From a virus (taxonomy: Duplodnaviria > Caudoviricetes): a stretch of 64,000 nucleotides of DNA. This document shows positions 40,862 to 50,087 of this stretch, piece by piece. Below the pieces are notes generated by a model. It saw nothing but the letters and a program-made list of their open reading frames with translations, was not told the origin of the DNA and did not search any database. The stretch covers positions 32,001-96,000 of the IMG/VR virus record IMGVR_UViG_3300021399_000118. The stretch is one strand, 5' to 3'. The translations under genes and the position numbers were made by a program. Each line of letters begins with the position of its first letter. The stretch's first letter is position 1.

Positions 40862-42226
40862 ATGGCAGATATTTCCAAGATTATGTTGCCTTCCGGTACT
40901 GAGGCCTACAATCTTAAGGACGAATGGGCACGTACTCACATTGAAACCATTGAAGGCGCTATTGCCGGCGGCGTGGTTTTCCGCGGCGTTACGACAACCG
41001 CTCTGACGGATCTTTCGACAACGACCAGCTATCAAATCGGCGAAGCTACGCGTACCGCTCAGAATGGTGATTTGGTCGTCTACAACAAAAAGGAATTCCT
41101 GTTTGCTGATACCGACAACAAGTGGCATGAAATGGGCGACAACAGCGCTTTCAAGGCGCTGGCTTATAAGGACAGTGCGACTGGGTCTGTGACCGCGGCT
41201 GGTAACGTTTCCGCTCCTACTTTTACAGGAACCTCCACGAACGTGACCATTACCACGGCTGACAGCACTACCGGCAACTATCAACCCAAAGGTACAATCT
41301 CTGCGCCTGCGTTCACAGGTGCTTCCATGACCTCTACTGGTAAGTTCACTCCTGGCGGAAGCGTGACCGTTACCACGAACACCACGGAAAACAAGACCGC
41401 TACAGTTTCCTCTACAACTGGTACAGCAACATATACGCCCGCCGGAACCGTTGCGGCTCCTACTTTCACTGGAACAGCCGCAACCATTTCCGGAAGCGGC
41501 ACGTTTACGCCTGAAGGATCCATTTCTTTCTCGAACAGCAACCAGACAACAACTGTTTCCAAGGCCGCTTCCGGTACAGCTACTTACACGCCTGAGGGAA
41601 GCGTCGCCGCTCCTGTCATCAGCGTAGCAACTGCCGGTGCGACTGCGACAATCAAGAATCCGACGAGTGTTACGGTTGCTAAGACGCTTGCGACAGCTGC
41701 TCCTGGCTCTACAGCTCCCGCGAACGCCGTTACTTACGCTACCGTATCAAATGAGACTTTGAACCTGTATCAGCTTGGATATACAACCGGCGCTTCCATT
41801 ACAACCACCAACGTCACAGTTAAGACAGGGGACGCGTCTTATTCTGCGACCGCTCCCGCCTTTACAGGAACCGGAGCCAGGCTGGTTACCGGAAACATTT
41901 CTGTTCCTTCCAGCGCAACCTTTACGGGAGATGCGGGCGACATCTCCACAACGGCTTCCTATACACCTGCCGGAACTAACAGCGCTCCCGCCTTTACGGG
42001 CACTGGAGCTCGGCTGGTTACCGGAAACATTGCCGTTCCGAAGACTTATACCGGATCTTTTGCCGGAACGGAGGGCAACGTCAGCGTGACAGGCACCACG
42101 ACAGGTTCCGTCGCCGCCCCGACCTTCACCGGTACAAAGGTGCAGATCAGCGGTACAAACACTGCCGCCGGTACTGTTTCTGCTCCGACCTTCACAGGTA
42201 CTGCGGTCAACGTTACCGTATCCTAA
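40862..42226 (+). CDS. Thr/Ala/Gly-rich repetitive fibre protein
   Basis: Many (Y/F)TP.G.(V/I).AP.FTG repeats; near-identical DNA blocks at ~41851-41900 and ~41983-42031. Confidence 0.75.
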   Translation: MADISKIMLPSGTEAYNLKDEWARTHIETIEGAIAGGVVFRGVTTTALTDLSTTTSYQIGEATRTAQNGDLVVYNKKEFLFADTDNKWHEMGDNSAFKALAYKDSATGSVTAAGNVSAPTFTGTSTNVTITTADSTTGNYQPKGTISAPAFTGASMTSTGKFTPGGSVTVTTNTTENKTATVSSTTGTATYTPAGTVAAPTFTGTAATISGSGTFTPEGSISFSNSNQTTTVSKAASGTATYTPEGSVAAPVISVATAGATATIKNPTSVTVAKTLATAAPGSTAPANAVTYATVSNETLNLYQLGYTTGASITTTNVTVKTGDASYSATAPAFTGTGARLVTGNISVPSSATFTGDAGDISTTASYTPAGTNSAPAFTGTGARLVTGNIAVPKTYTGSFAGTEGNVSVTGTTTGSVAAPTFTGTKVQISGTNTAAGTVSAPTFTGTAVNVTVS

Positions 42227-42267
42227 TCGCGATACTCTCCTTTATGCCAGCTGAGTATTGCTTAAAT

Positions 42268-42294
42268 CCGGGAGGGGCTTTACGCCCCTCCCGG
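42268..42294 (+). terminator. GC-rich hairpin, possible terminator or processing signal
   Basis: CCGGGAGGGGC-TTTAC-GCCCCTCCCGG; weak U-tract. Confidence 0.45.
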
Positions 42295-42346
42295 TATGTT
42301 TACGGCTGGCACTTATTATATCTCAACACGAAAGGAGAGATTGCTC

Positions 42347-44404
42347 ATGCCTGACATCAGTCAAATCAAAACACCTGATGGCACTACTTATAATCTGAAA
42401 GATTCGCGGCTGGATCCAATTCTTGATGAAACTTATAGCGGATATTATGCCACAGCCAATACAGATGCTCAGAAATATTTTTTCTTTCTGAAGGTTGTTC
42501 GAAGCAACTATAATACCTTATGGCGCGTCAAGATGAAAGTCGAGTTTACGGTTCCGAGTCATCCTGAATACGCTTACACGTTGTGGGATGCAGATATCGT
42601 AGGATTTCAGAGCGCCATAAAAGCTTATTATATCAAGACCAACCACGGCCAGAACAGGGCTTGCAGATATTTTGCTTCAGCTTTTCCTAAAACTACGACT
42701 GCTAATGAAATCTATCTTGGAGGCAACATTTATGCTGACCTCAGTTATAACAGCAGCGACTACGCAAGGACTATCCATGTAACCGTGACAGAAACTTATA
42801 ACTGTGAAGTTGTCGCTTTAGACAACTTTTTTAAACTTGCAGACGGCATTGTCACGACGACAAACTTTACACTCGCAACTACCGACTTAAATAGCGTGGG
42901 CCTTCAGGAAACCGGAGACGCAAACACAACCTATTCCATCTTTAACTCTATTGGACACGGAAACGGAAGCTTTGTTGCGGATAGCGCTATTTATCGGTAT
43001 CAGTTACTTTTTCACACAACAGAAGACAAGCTGACACCGTTAAATAATGTAGACAATGGTTATAACAGCACAAGTAAAGCAATATTAACCAACGTTGAAT
43101 TTGATCCGTTCTCTGAAATTTTTTATTACATCTCCACGACAAACTACGCAGCAAATGCTGCTGTTCCTGCAGCTAATCTTGCAACCGAATACGGATCTGT
43201 CGATTTGAGGTACAGCTTAAATATCAGTGCAAGCGTTAACGCTTTAACGGCGCATAAAGATGTGTATATGAAGGTTATTCCTCAGTCTAACGGCAAGGTG
43301 AAACTTGCGGCTGCCTTCCCTCTTGTTCAGGCTCTGCCGGTTTTAAACGACGGATATTGGTATATCTACCTGGGAAGGGCTTATTCGACTTATCAGATGG
43401 CTTTATATCCGCATCATGAAGTGTATTATCACAATGGGACGGCAGTCGTGCAAAAGCTTCCTCCAAACACCAATGCAGGCTTAGTCAACGGACACACCGT
43501 AAACTCAGATGTTCCAAGTGGAGCGAAGTTTACAGACACAACCTATTCTGCCGGCACAGGTCTGAGTTTGAGCGGAACTACTTTTAACCACAGCAGTTCT
43601 ATTACAGCAGGCACAGCCGGAACATCTTCCGCGACAAGCGGTTCCACACTCGCCGTTCCGTATGTTACTTATAACGCACAGGGACATATTACCGCGGCCG
43701 GAACGCATACGCATACAATCAGCGGTTTTCTTACATCTCATCAAACAATCAAGCAGGATGGAATTACCGGAGCAGTAATCAATAGATACGGTGTGTGCTC
43801 CACAGCTTCCGATACCGCCGCAAAAGAAGTTTCCATCTCCGACGGAACATTTTCCCTTGAAGATGGCGCACGGGTTTCTGTTATGTTTGCCTACCCGAAC
43901 GCAGCGACCAACCCAACCTTGAATGTAAACGGGACCGGAACCATGAATATATATTTTGCGCCGAACTTATCCTCCACGAGTGGCGGAACATATATATTTG
44001 AAAACGGGCAACAAAACCTTTTATCAGGGTTGTGTGATTTCATCTATGATTCGGAATACGGATGGGTTCTTGTATCCAGCGGAGAAACGATGAGGAATGA
44101 AGTTGTTTATTCTACGACTACGCCAAGCACAGATATCAGAGGGACGCTTTGGGTTAAGCCAGCTTCCGCTACTGTGGAAGAGCTGAAATGTCTTGTTGTC
44201 GCAAGCGGAGCTATCAGTTCTTTGCCGACAACGATTTCAGATTCTCGCATTGCGTCCGATATGGTTGTCATTAACCAAACGGTATCCAATCCTGCGGCTC
44301 AGGTAGGAAATTGGACGTGGTCAACAACGGACGGAAGCATTACATTAAGCGGATCTATCTCAGGTTCAACTTATGTGACATTCTATTTGCTTAAATCCAG
44401 ATAA
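42347..44404 (+). CDS. Tail fibre protein; start reassigned from 42296 to 42347
   Basis: RBS AAGGAG before ATG 42347; N-terminus MPDISQIKTPDGTTYNLKD matches MADISKIMLPSGTEAYNLKD of 40862; TDTTYSAGTGLSLSGTTF and YGVCSTA..TAAK fibre motifs. Confidence 0.75.
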   Translation: MPDISQIKTPDGTTYNLKDSRLDPILDETYSGYYATANTDAQKYFFFLKVVRSNYNTLWRVKMKVEFTVPSHPEYAYTLWDADIVGFQSAIKAYYIKTNHGQNRACRYFASAFPKTTTANEIYLGGNIYADLSYNSSDYARTIHVTVTETYNCEVVALDNFFKLADGIVTTTNFTLATTDLNSVGLQETGDANTTYSIFNSIGHGNGSFVADSAIYRYQLLFHTTEDKLTPLNNVDNGYNSTSKAILTNVEFDPFSEIFYYISTTNYAANAAVPAANLATEYGSVDLRYSLNISASVNALTAHKDVYMKVIPQSNGKVKLAAAFPLVQALPVLNDGYWYIYLGRAYSTYQMALYPHHEVYYHNGTAVVQKLPPNTNAGLVNGHTVNSDVPSGAKFTDTTYSAGTGLSLSGTTFNHSSSITAGTAGTSSATSGSTLAVPYVTYNAQGHITAAGTHTHTISGFLTSHQTIKQDGITGAVINRYGVCSTASDTAAKEVSISDGTFSLEDGARVSVMFAYPNAATNPTLNVNGTGTMNIYFAPNLSSTSGGTYIFENGQQNLLSGLCDFIYDSEYGWVLVSSGETMRNEVVYSTTTPSTDIRGTLWVKPASATVEELKCLVVASGAISSLPTTISDSRIASDMVVINQTVSNPAAQVGNWTWSTTDGSITLSGSISGSTYVTFYLLKSR

Positions 44405-44417
44405 GGAGGAGAGATAA

Positions 44418-45653
44418 GTGGCAAGTTATTCTAAAACAATAGGCCAATCGGGCGTTGGAACAGGTCAAGGAGTAAAATCCCTTAACCTGACGATGGCATC
44501 GGACGAATATCCTACCAAAGTAGCCTGGGGCAGTGTAGCTGTATATGTTCCAACGACAGCGGGAGCTTCTCTCGGTTTCATGTTGTGTAACACAAGCGGG
44601 GGAAACGCCATTCAGTTGATGAATGACACATATTACTCTCAAGGACAAGGCGTTATCAACTCCGGTTCTAAAACGGTATCCGGATCTGCGTTAAAAGGAA
44701 AAGCACTTGCTATCAGTGTTGACTTCCTTAACTCGGCAACATTCAGCAATACCTGGTCATTTACGATTACAACCACTTATTCAACATATTCGATCACAAT
44801 TATTAACTCCACGGGCGGAACAGTCAGTGCAAGCGCCACATCTGGTATTCGCGCCGGAACAACCATCTATTTATCCAGAAGTGCTTCTACTGGATATCAG
44901 TTTTCTGCATGGAACCACAGCCCATCTTCTGTTTCAATCAGCAGTTCATATACGTTCACAATGCCGGCGTCAAACATGACGATTTCGCCGACGTGGACAA
45001 AGATTAATTACGCAATAACAAAAGCAGTCAGCCCAAGCGGAGCAGGAACCATTACTTCGCCAAGCGGATCTACTTCAACTTATGGAACAACTATCACACT
45101 TGCTCAGACTCCTGTTTCACCGTATGTTTTTGATCACTGGAATGTGTCCTCCATTGGAAACATATACAGCAACTCATTTACCATGCCGGCCCAGGCAGTA
45201 ACCATCACTGCGTATTACACACTTTCAGAACGGACTCTAACGTGGGACGACTACGGGGATATAACGCTCAATTTGAGTGGAAGAATACTCACAGTGACAA
45301 TGACCGGGCACGCGACCGACAGCTATGGCGAAGCGGTGTCTTATTATCTTCTTAAAAATGAAGTTGAGGTCGCTCCGTTCATAGGAAATGTTGCAATTAT
45401 CACATTAGACGAATCTGATTACGGCGTGACAAACTCATATAGTATTTTGGCTAAAGTTGATGACATAGCTGCCATTGGGCTTGGCACAACGGCGATGTAT
45501 ATATTTCCAATTACCAGTTATGTGCCTGGCGGCTATTATAATGGTTCAACATTTTTGCCAGGGGAACTGTATTATTATAACGGTTCCAATTTTGTTCTAT
45601 GCGAAGCAAAATACTGGAATGGAACATCGTGGGTTGATGTATCCACGTTTTAA
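44418..45653 (+). CDS. Putative adhesin with B-repeat-like domains; paralog of 29413-30582
   Basis: Shares YPTK, L.GK.LAI, TGGT and TGHATD blocks with 29413; C-terminal YYNG/YWNG repeats. Confidence 0.65.
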   Translation: MASYSKTIGQSGVGTGQGVKSLNLTMASDEYPTKVAWGSVAVYVPTTAGASLGFMLCNTSGGNAIQLMNDTYYSQGQGVINSGSKTVSGSALKGKALAISVDFLNSATFSNTWSFTITTTYSTYSITIINSTGGTVSASATSGIRAGTTIYLSRSASTGYQFSAWNHSPSSVSISSSYTFTMPASNMTISPTWTKINYAITKAVSPSGAGTITSPSGSTSTYGTTITLAQTPVSPYVFDHWNVSSIGNIYSNSFTMPAQAVTITAYYTLSERTLTWDDYGDITLNLSGRILTVTMTGHATDSYGEAVSYYLLKNEVEVAPFIGNVAIITLDESDYGVTNSYSILAKVDDIAAIGLGTTAMYIFPITSYVPGGYYNGSTFLPGELYYYNGSNFVLCEAKYWNGTSWVDVSTF

Positions 45654-45665
45654 AGAGGTGAGATT

Positions 45666-45914
45666 ATGTTAAAAACAACTTTCTATACAACCATTGAAAA
45701 CCAAGTAAGAACCGACGGAAGCAAAGGGCTTCTCTACGATCATTTTGACAACGAGAATCAAGCTTACGCCAAGTACTATACGATCTGCGCTGCGGCTGCG
45801 ATCAGCGAGATCCCTTATCATTCCGCGGCTATCATCCGGAGCGACGGAATTATGATTGAAGGCAAGGTTTTCGACAGAAGAACAAACGAAGCCGAACCAG
45901 AGGAGGAAGAATAA
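45666..45914 (+). CDS. Small phage tail-region protein
   Basis: E.Q...DG; A.AKY.TI.AAAA.S..P.H.A pattern resembling small proteins encoded after fibre genes; RBS GAGGTG. Confidence 0.7.
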   Translation: MLKTTFYTTIENQVRTDGSKGLLYDHFDNENQAYAKYYTICAAAAISEIPYHSAAIIRSDGIMIEGKVFDRRTNEAEPEEEE

Positions 45915-45915
45915 T

Positions 45916-45975
45916 ATGATTAAACTGGTTACTAACCCTCCCCCAGAAAATACATTGGAGGAGGTCAGAGGCTGA
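45916..45975 (+). CDS. Putative leader peptide MIKLVTNPPPENTLEEVRG (19 aa)
   Basis: AGGAGGA 8 nt upstream; PPP motif; SD-like GGAGGAGG just before its stop. Confidence 0.4.
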   Translation: MIKLVTNPPPENTLEEVRG

Positions 45976-45989
45976 CTGAGGAAACTCAG

Positions 45990-46483
45990 ATGACTGATTG
46001 GGAGGTGACTCCCTAAATGGCAGAAGGAAGTTTAACAAAATCGTTTACGAAATCCGAAATAGTGAATTTAATTTATCCTGTAGGCGCAGTATACATTAGT
46101 CTAAGCAGCACCAGTCCTGCGACTTTATTCGGCGGAACGTGGGAGAAGATCAGCGGAAGATTTTTGCTTGCAACAGGAACGTGCGCTGCAAACAGCGACA
46201 ACTATTTCGGTTCTATAAAAGCTACTAACACATGGAATCCGGGACTTGGAAGCACAGGCGGAGAAGATTATCATACGTTAACGACTTCTGAAATGCCGCA
46301 ACATTCACACCAGATTCCATATGGATACGGAACAGCAGGCAACGGAACTGGTAATTCCTATTATACATATTTATATGGCGGTACAGATACGTGGACGTAC
46401 CAGACAGGAAGCGGAACCCGTCATAATAACATGCCGCCTTATTTAGCTGTCAACATGTGGAAACGCACAGCCTAATCAGTCAT
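45990..46483. repeat. 13-bp inverted repeat (one G-U pair) flanking gene 46017-46475
   Basis: ATGACTGATTGGG (45990-46002) pairs with CCTAATCAGTCAT (46471-46483). Confidence 0.7.
46017..46475 (+). CDS. Tail collar / Gp10 C-terminal-like fibre-tip cassette
   Basis: YPVGAVYIS...PATLFGGTWE; GGE..HTLT..EMP.HSH; HNNMPPYLAVNMWKRTA. Confidence 0.8.
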   Translation: MAEGSLTKSFTKSEIVNLIYPVGAVYISLSSTSPATLFGGTWEKISGRFLLATGTCAANSDNYFGSIKATNTWNPGLGSTGGEDYHTLTTSEMPQHSHQIPYGYGTAGNGTGNSYYTYLYGGTDTWTYQTGSGTRHNNMPPYLAVNMWKRTA

Positions 46484-46921
46484 ATGCCGAAATATAAAAT
46501 GGCAACTGGAATTATTACACCTTCCTATCCTGAAATCGAGATTTTTGACGGGACTACTTTGTCCGACTGGTATGAACCATACTCCGGCTATGAGATCATG
46601 AATCTCTCCACAACGCCTTCAAACGCAACTTTGCGGCGTATAACTCCCAATATTTTTCATCTCTATATGGCTGTACTGGGGAATTTTACTGATCACAATA
46701 CCGTTACTATCGGGAAGTTCAAATCTAGTTTCTTTGGCAATCATCCCGTCAGCGGATACATTCCGGCGGTTGTCGGAGGTACATCCAACGCGCAATATGC
46801 TTCGACCGCAAGAATCTCTGGTACCGCCGGAACTCTCTCTATCTGTCCCGGCGGAACAGTAAGCTACTGCTACATTCATGGGTTCTTCTTGTTAAGGAGC
46901 AACCAAACCCTTACGTATTAA
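46484..46921 (+). CDS. Putative receptor-binding cassette; start at 46484 or 46499 (MATGII...)
   Basis: Beta-rich ~140 aa; no recognisable SD upstream of either ATG. Confidence 0.55.
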   Translation: MPKYKMATGIITPSYPEIEIFDGTTLSDWYEPYSGYEIMNLSTTPSNATLRRITPNIFHLYMAVLGNFTDHNTVTIGKFKSSFFGNHPVSGYIPAVVGGTSNAQYASTARISGTAGTLSICPGGTVSYCYIHGFFLLRSNQTLTY

Positions 46922-46927
46922 AACGAG

Positions 46928-47686
46928 GTGATGTCTATGCTTGATATAAGCAAAATGATATCCTCTGCAGAAGAGTCTTTAGGCTGGCCTTACGTCAGCC
47001 CAGGGACAAACGACCGGAATGGCATCGACTGTTCCGGTCTTTTTGTAAAGATTTACCAAGACCAAGGCGCTTCAATTTACCACGGAAGCAACAAAATCTT
47101 CCGGAAATACTGTTCTGAAACCGGCCGGCTGAATCACGCATCTCAGTTGATTCCAGGCATGGCGGTATTCAAATGGCAAGAAGGTAAGGTCAAAGGATAT
47201 AAAGACGATCTTGGAGACTTTCATCATATCGGACTTGTTGTCAGCGTCAATCCTTTAAAAATCATTCACGCAAGCTCAGCCGCAGGAGAAGTCACAACTG
47301 ACTTCAAGATCAACAAATGGGCTTACTGGGGCAAATTAAAGGATGTGGACTACGGGTCTGAGAAAGGAGTTGATATTATGAACGCGATTGTTTTTGCCGA
47401 AAGCGGATCCTCCGTTAAGATGCGGGGAGCGCCCAAGACATCCAGCAGCTTTTACATTGATGTTCCGATTGGAAGCTCAGTCACTGTTTTAGAAAAAGGA
47501 CCTGAATGGAGTCATATTTCCTATGGTGGAAAGAGCGGGTATATGATGTCCAAGTTTCTCAAATTCGAAGACGATCCTACGGCTATCTCTGAAACTGCCG
47601 CTTCTGACGAGATGATTCCTGTCCGCAGAGCGGAGCTTGAAAAGGCTTACGATATTATTGGAGACTTATTAGGTTTGAGAGGTTGA
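46928..47686 (+). CDS. Endolysin: NlpC/P60 peptidase plus SH3 cell-wall-binding domain
   Basis: GIDCSGL catalytic Cys; HHIGL and IIHAS His motifs; C-terminal SH3b (W..I.Y.GK.GY). Confidence 0.88.
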   Translation: MMSMLDISKMISSAEESLGWPYVSPGTNDRNGIDCSGLFVKIYQDQGASIYHGSNKIFRKYCSETGRLNHASQLIPGMAVFKWQEGKVKGYKDDLGDFHHIGLVVSVNPLKIIHASSAAGEVTTDFKINKWAYWGKLKDVDYGSEKGVDIMNAIVFAESGSSVKMRGAPKTSSSFYIDVPIGSSVTVLEKGPEWSHISYGGKSGYMMSKFLKFEDDPTAISETAASDEMIPVRRAELEKAYDIIGDLLGLRG

Positions 47687-47964
47687 TATTTATGCCAGCT
47701 ACTGTTTTGTATGATAAAGCGCATCTTATGTCTGCTCCTTCCGATGCGGCATCCCATATCCTGGACATAGGAAAAGGAACGTGTATCAATGTAGAAGAAG
47801 AAACAAATAAGTTATGGTGGAAAGTTACTTACAGTGGTTATACAGGTTATGTAAAAACTAAATTTTTAAAAAGCGAAAACGACAACGTAGATTTTATTAT
47901 GATCAGTATTCCACGGGATGTTGCTGTAGAGTTGTATGAGGCGTTGAAGTTCTCGCTTAATTAA
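47683..47964 (+). CDS. Stand-alone SH3b-domain protein
   Basis: WWKVTYSGYTGYVKTKFL. Confidence 0.75.
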   Translation: MIFMPATVLYDKAHLMSAPSDAASHILDIGKGTCINVEEETNKLWWKVTYSGYTGYVKTKFLKSENDNVDFIMISIPRDVAVELYEALKFSLN

Positions 47965-47971
47965 GCGAGGA

Positions 47972-48565
47972 GTGAATCCCATGGGAGAAATATCTAAAGC
48001 AGTCGGCCAATGGATTGTGGGAAACCTGGGTTGGACTGCTATTATTATTTTATTTATCTTATCCGGAGTTTTTAAAATTGCCAAGATCGAGATCAACCCG
48101 TTAGGATGGGTGGTCACCTGGCTTGGCAACGCCTTCACAAAGGGCGTAAGAGCTGATATTGCCGAACTCAAGAACGACACCGAGACCAAGATCGCGGAAC
48201 TTCGGGCTGATCTGGATTCCTTTGAAGACCGGACCAATCGGAGTATCGACGGAATGAAAAACGGCACGAGTATGAACTGTGAGCTGTTGAAGGCCCGGCT
48301 GGACGAAATGGAAAAGTCAAACGACATGCAGACAGCCCGACAAATTAAGGCGCATGTTTTAGACTTTGCCAACTCATGCCTGAACAAACGCCGGCATACG
48401 AAGAAGGAGTTCGACAATATTATTCGGGAAAACGAAGAATACGAAGCTCTGGTGAAAAAGTATAATCTTGTGAACAACGTTTATACGGAAGACTACAACT
48501 TCATTATGAAGCTCTATCACAAATGCCAGGACGAAAACAGTTTCCTTAGAGACGAAGAGGCTTAA
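47972..48565 (+). CDS. Lysis-module membrane protein with coiled coil (holin-associated)
   Basis: N-terminal TM helix; IEINPLGW; DFANSC...HTKKEF. Confidence 0.65.
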   Translation: MNPMGEISKAVGQWIVGNLGWTAIIILFILSGVFKIAKIEINPLGWVVTWLGNAFTKGVRADIAELKNDTETKIAELRADLDSFEDRTNRSIDGMKNGTSMNCELLKARLDEMEKSNDMQTARQIKAHVLDFANSCLNKRRHTKKEFDNIIRENEEYEALVKKYNLVNNVYTEDYNFIMKLYHKCQDENSFLRDEEA

Positions 48566-48602
48566 CTTTCATAGAACCTTTAGCGAAAGGAAGTGAGTCG
48601 CC

Positions 48603-48893
48603 GTGGCAACACGTAAGAAGAAAACACAGGAAAAGCCTTTTGTTCAGTTCAGCAAGAAGCTCATTACTTTTGTGATGATTTTCTGGGGGCTGATCAGAAT
48701 TACTTCTGTGATTTCAGTCATTATCAATCCAGATTCCGGCACAACCATGGCGGCTATCGTTCGAGGTGTAGACGACATTGCAATGATCAATGTCTTGGCT
48801 TACACAGGAAACTCGGTAAGCGAGAAGATCGCCTTAGGGTATTTTCAAATGAAGGCCGGAGAAAAAGAAGAAGACGAAGAATCAAATGGATAA
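48603..48893 (+). CDS. Putative holin/membrane protein
   Basis: FSKKLI followed by a TM helix; Y...S..EK motif. Confidence 0.6.
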   Translation: MATRKKKTQEKPFVQFSKKLITFVMIFWGLIRITSVISVIINPDSGTTMAAIVRGVDDIAMINVLAYTGNSVSEKIALGYFQMKAGEKEEDEESNG

Positions 48894-48906
48894 GGAGTGA
48901 AGGTTT

Positions 48907-49227
48907 ATGACTATCGATATGACTAAGATTGTTTTAGCAGTTATTGGTTTACTTGCTGCTATTGTTACCAAGTTTTTGATTCCTCTGCTGCAGACTAAGC
49001 TTAAGCTTGACAAGAGCAAGCTGACGGAGAACCAGGCTTACCTGCTTAGACTGGCAATTTCAACAGCTGTTACGGCGGCTGAGCAGCTCTATAAGTCCGA
49101 AGAAGGCCAGAAAAAGAAGGCTTATGTTTTAGCCCAGCTTGAATCTCAGGGCTACAAAGTTGACGGGGCCGCGATTGATGCTGCGATCGAAGCAGCTGTG
49201 TTTGAACTGCATAACGAATTGAAATAA
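48907..49227 (+). CDS. Holin, LL-H family-like
   Basis: N-terminal TM; AV.AAEQ...G..KK; IDAAIEAAV..L. Confidence 0.85.
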   Translation: MTIDMTKIVLAVIGLLAAIVTKFLIPLLQTKLKLDKSKLTENQAYLLRLAISTAVTAAEQLYKSEEGQKKKAYVLAQLESQGYKVDGAAIDAAIEAAVFELHNELK

Positions 49228-49282
49228 AAAAAGGGGTTATCTCCAAGATCTAAAATGATCTAAAGAGGTAACCCCTTTTTTT
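49226..49282. terminator. Bidirectional terminator between convergent late and accessory genes
   Basis: AAAAAAAGGGGTTA...TAACCCCTTTTTTT. Confidence 0.8.
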
Positions 49283-49290
49283 GTGCGCTT

Positions 49291-49476
49291 TTATGTAAGG
49301 TCTACAAATTCAAAGTCAGGTTTGTCGTAAGGCCAGTTTCCATGAACCCAGGTTTTGATCTTTACTTCAATCCACCTTGGGTCATCTTTCGTTGTCCAGT
49401 CAATATCCCCGAAGGTAGCAACGGGCATTTCCTGCGGGAACTCTGAAAGTACATCTGTTAGCTGTTTAACAGTCAT
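49291..49476 (-). CDS. Small hypothetical protein (MTVKQLTDVL...)
   Basis: Start reassigned to ATG 49476 with GAGG upstream. Confidence 0.55.
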   Translation of the reverse strand: MTVKQLTDVLSEFPQEMPVATFGDIDWTTKDDPRWIEVKIKTWVHGNWPYDKPDFEFVDLT

Positions 49477-49768
49477 ATTCTTTTTCCTCAATGCTATCGA
49501 TGAATTTTTTGCAATAATCGTCGTATCCGAGATGTCCGCATAAAGCCATCTTGTTTGGAAGTTCTTCCAAAGCTTCTTCAAACTGCTGTTTGTACTTTTT
49601 TCTAATGGAGCAGTAGACAATACAGTATTCATCTTTCGGTTTGTCGTAAGTTTGCAGAAATCTTACAGGGATTTCTCTTTTATAAAATAAAGAGTCTGCA
49701 AGATAATCACGAGTGTCTACATATAGATAATAGTAACGGAACCATCCATCAAAACTTATATAATGCAT
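49466..49768 (-). CDS. Hypothetical protein (MHYISFDGW...)
   Basis: Start reassigned to ATG 49768 with AAGGAG RBS. Confidence 0.6.
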   Translation of the reverse strand: MHYISFDGWFRYYYLYVDTRDYLADSLFYKREIPVRFLQTYDKPKDEYCIVYCSIRKKYKQQFEEALEELPNKMALCGHLGYDDYCKKFIDSIEEKEYDC

Positions 49769-49897
49769 AGGTTTCTCCTTTCGAAAACTTCCAATATACA
49801 AAAGGCGGCCATATTTGGTCGCCTTCTGTATTTTAGAAATCTTATAACAAAATAGAGCAGGATTCATTATTTTTGTATATTTATGCGTTATTTTTAG

Positions 49898-49941
49898 GTT
49901 GACATCGTGGGGGTCATAGGTTCGAGTCCTACTAATCCCAC
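49898..49941 (+). mobile_element. attP core: 3' half of tRNA-Val(GAC)
   Basis: GTTGACATCGTGGGGGTCATAGGTTCGAGTCCTACTAATCCCAC gives anticodon loop, T-arm and acceptor 3' strand with no 5' half; 115 bp from the integrase stop. Confidence 0.8.
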
Positions 49942-49943
49942 AG

Positions 49944-49980
49944 ACCCGGAAGCGTTGAAAATAAAGCGTTTCCGGGTTTT
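49944..49980 (+). terminator. Terminator after the tRNA fragment
   Basis: ACCCGGAAGCG...CGTTTCCGGGT followed by TTT. Confidence 0.7.
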
Positions 49981-50012
49981 CTTATACCCGGAGCTTTTTG
50001 TTTTTGTCCACG

Positions 50013-50087
50013 CTGGAACCGGCCTGGATCCATTTTGAACCCTGGAACCGTTGATTTATAAGGCTTCTGAGGTTTCTTCCTGGAACC
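50013..50087 (+). repeat. Putative integrase arm-type sites
   Basis: CTGGAACC at 50013, 50042 and 50080; CTGGATCC at 50024. Confidence 0.55.

Noticed and set aside
45916-46017. Frameshift or read-through fusing the PPP leader to gene 46017
   Set aside because: In-frame TAA at 46014-46016 directly precedes the ATG, and read-through of the leader stop meets another TGA after five codons
3257-48477. Numerous 60-390 aa ORFs antisense to or nested in the large structural genes (e.g. 32710-33891, 37231-38280)
   Set aside because: Shadow ORFs of long coding regions, with no RBS or recognisable motifs
49898-49941. Complete tRNA-Val gene
   Set aside because: The 5' half (acceptor 5' strand and D-arm) is missing; interpreted as the attP core
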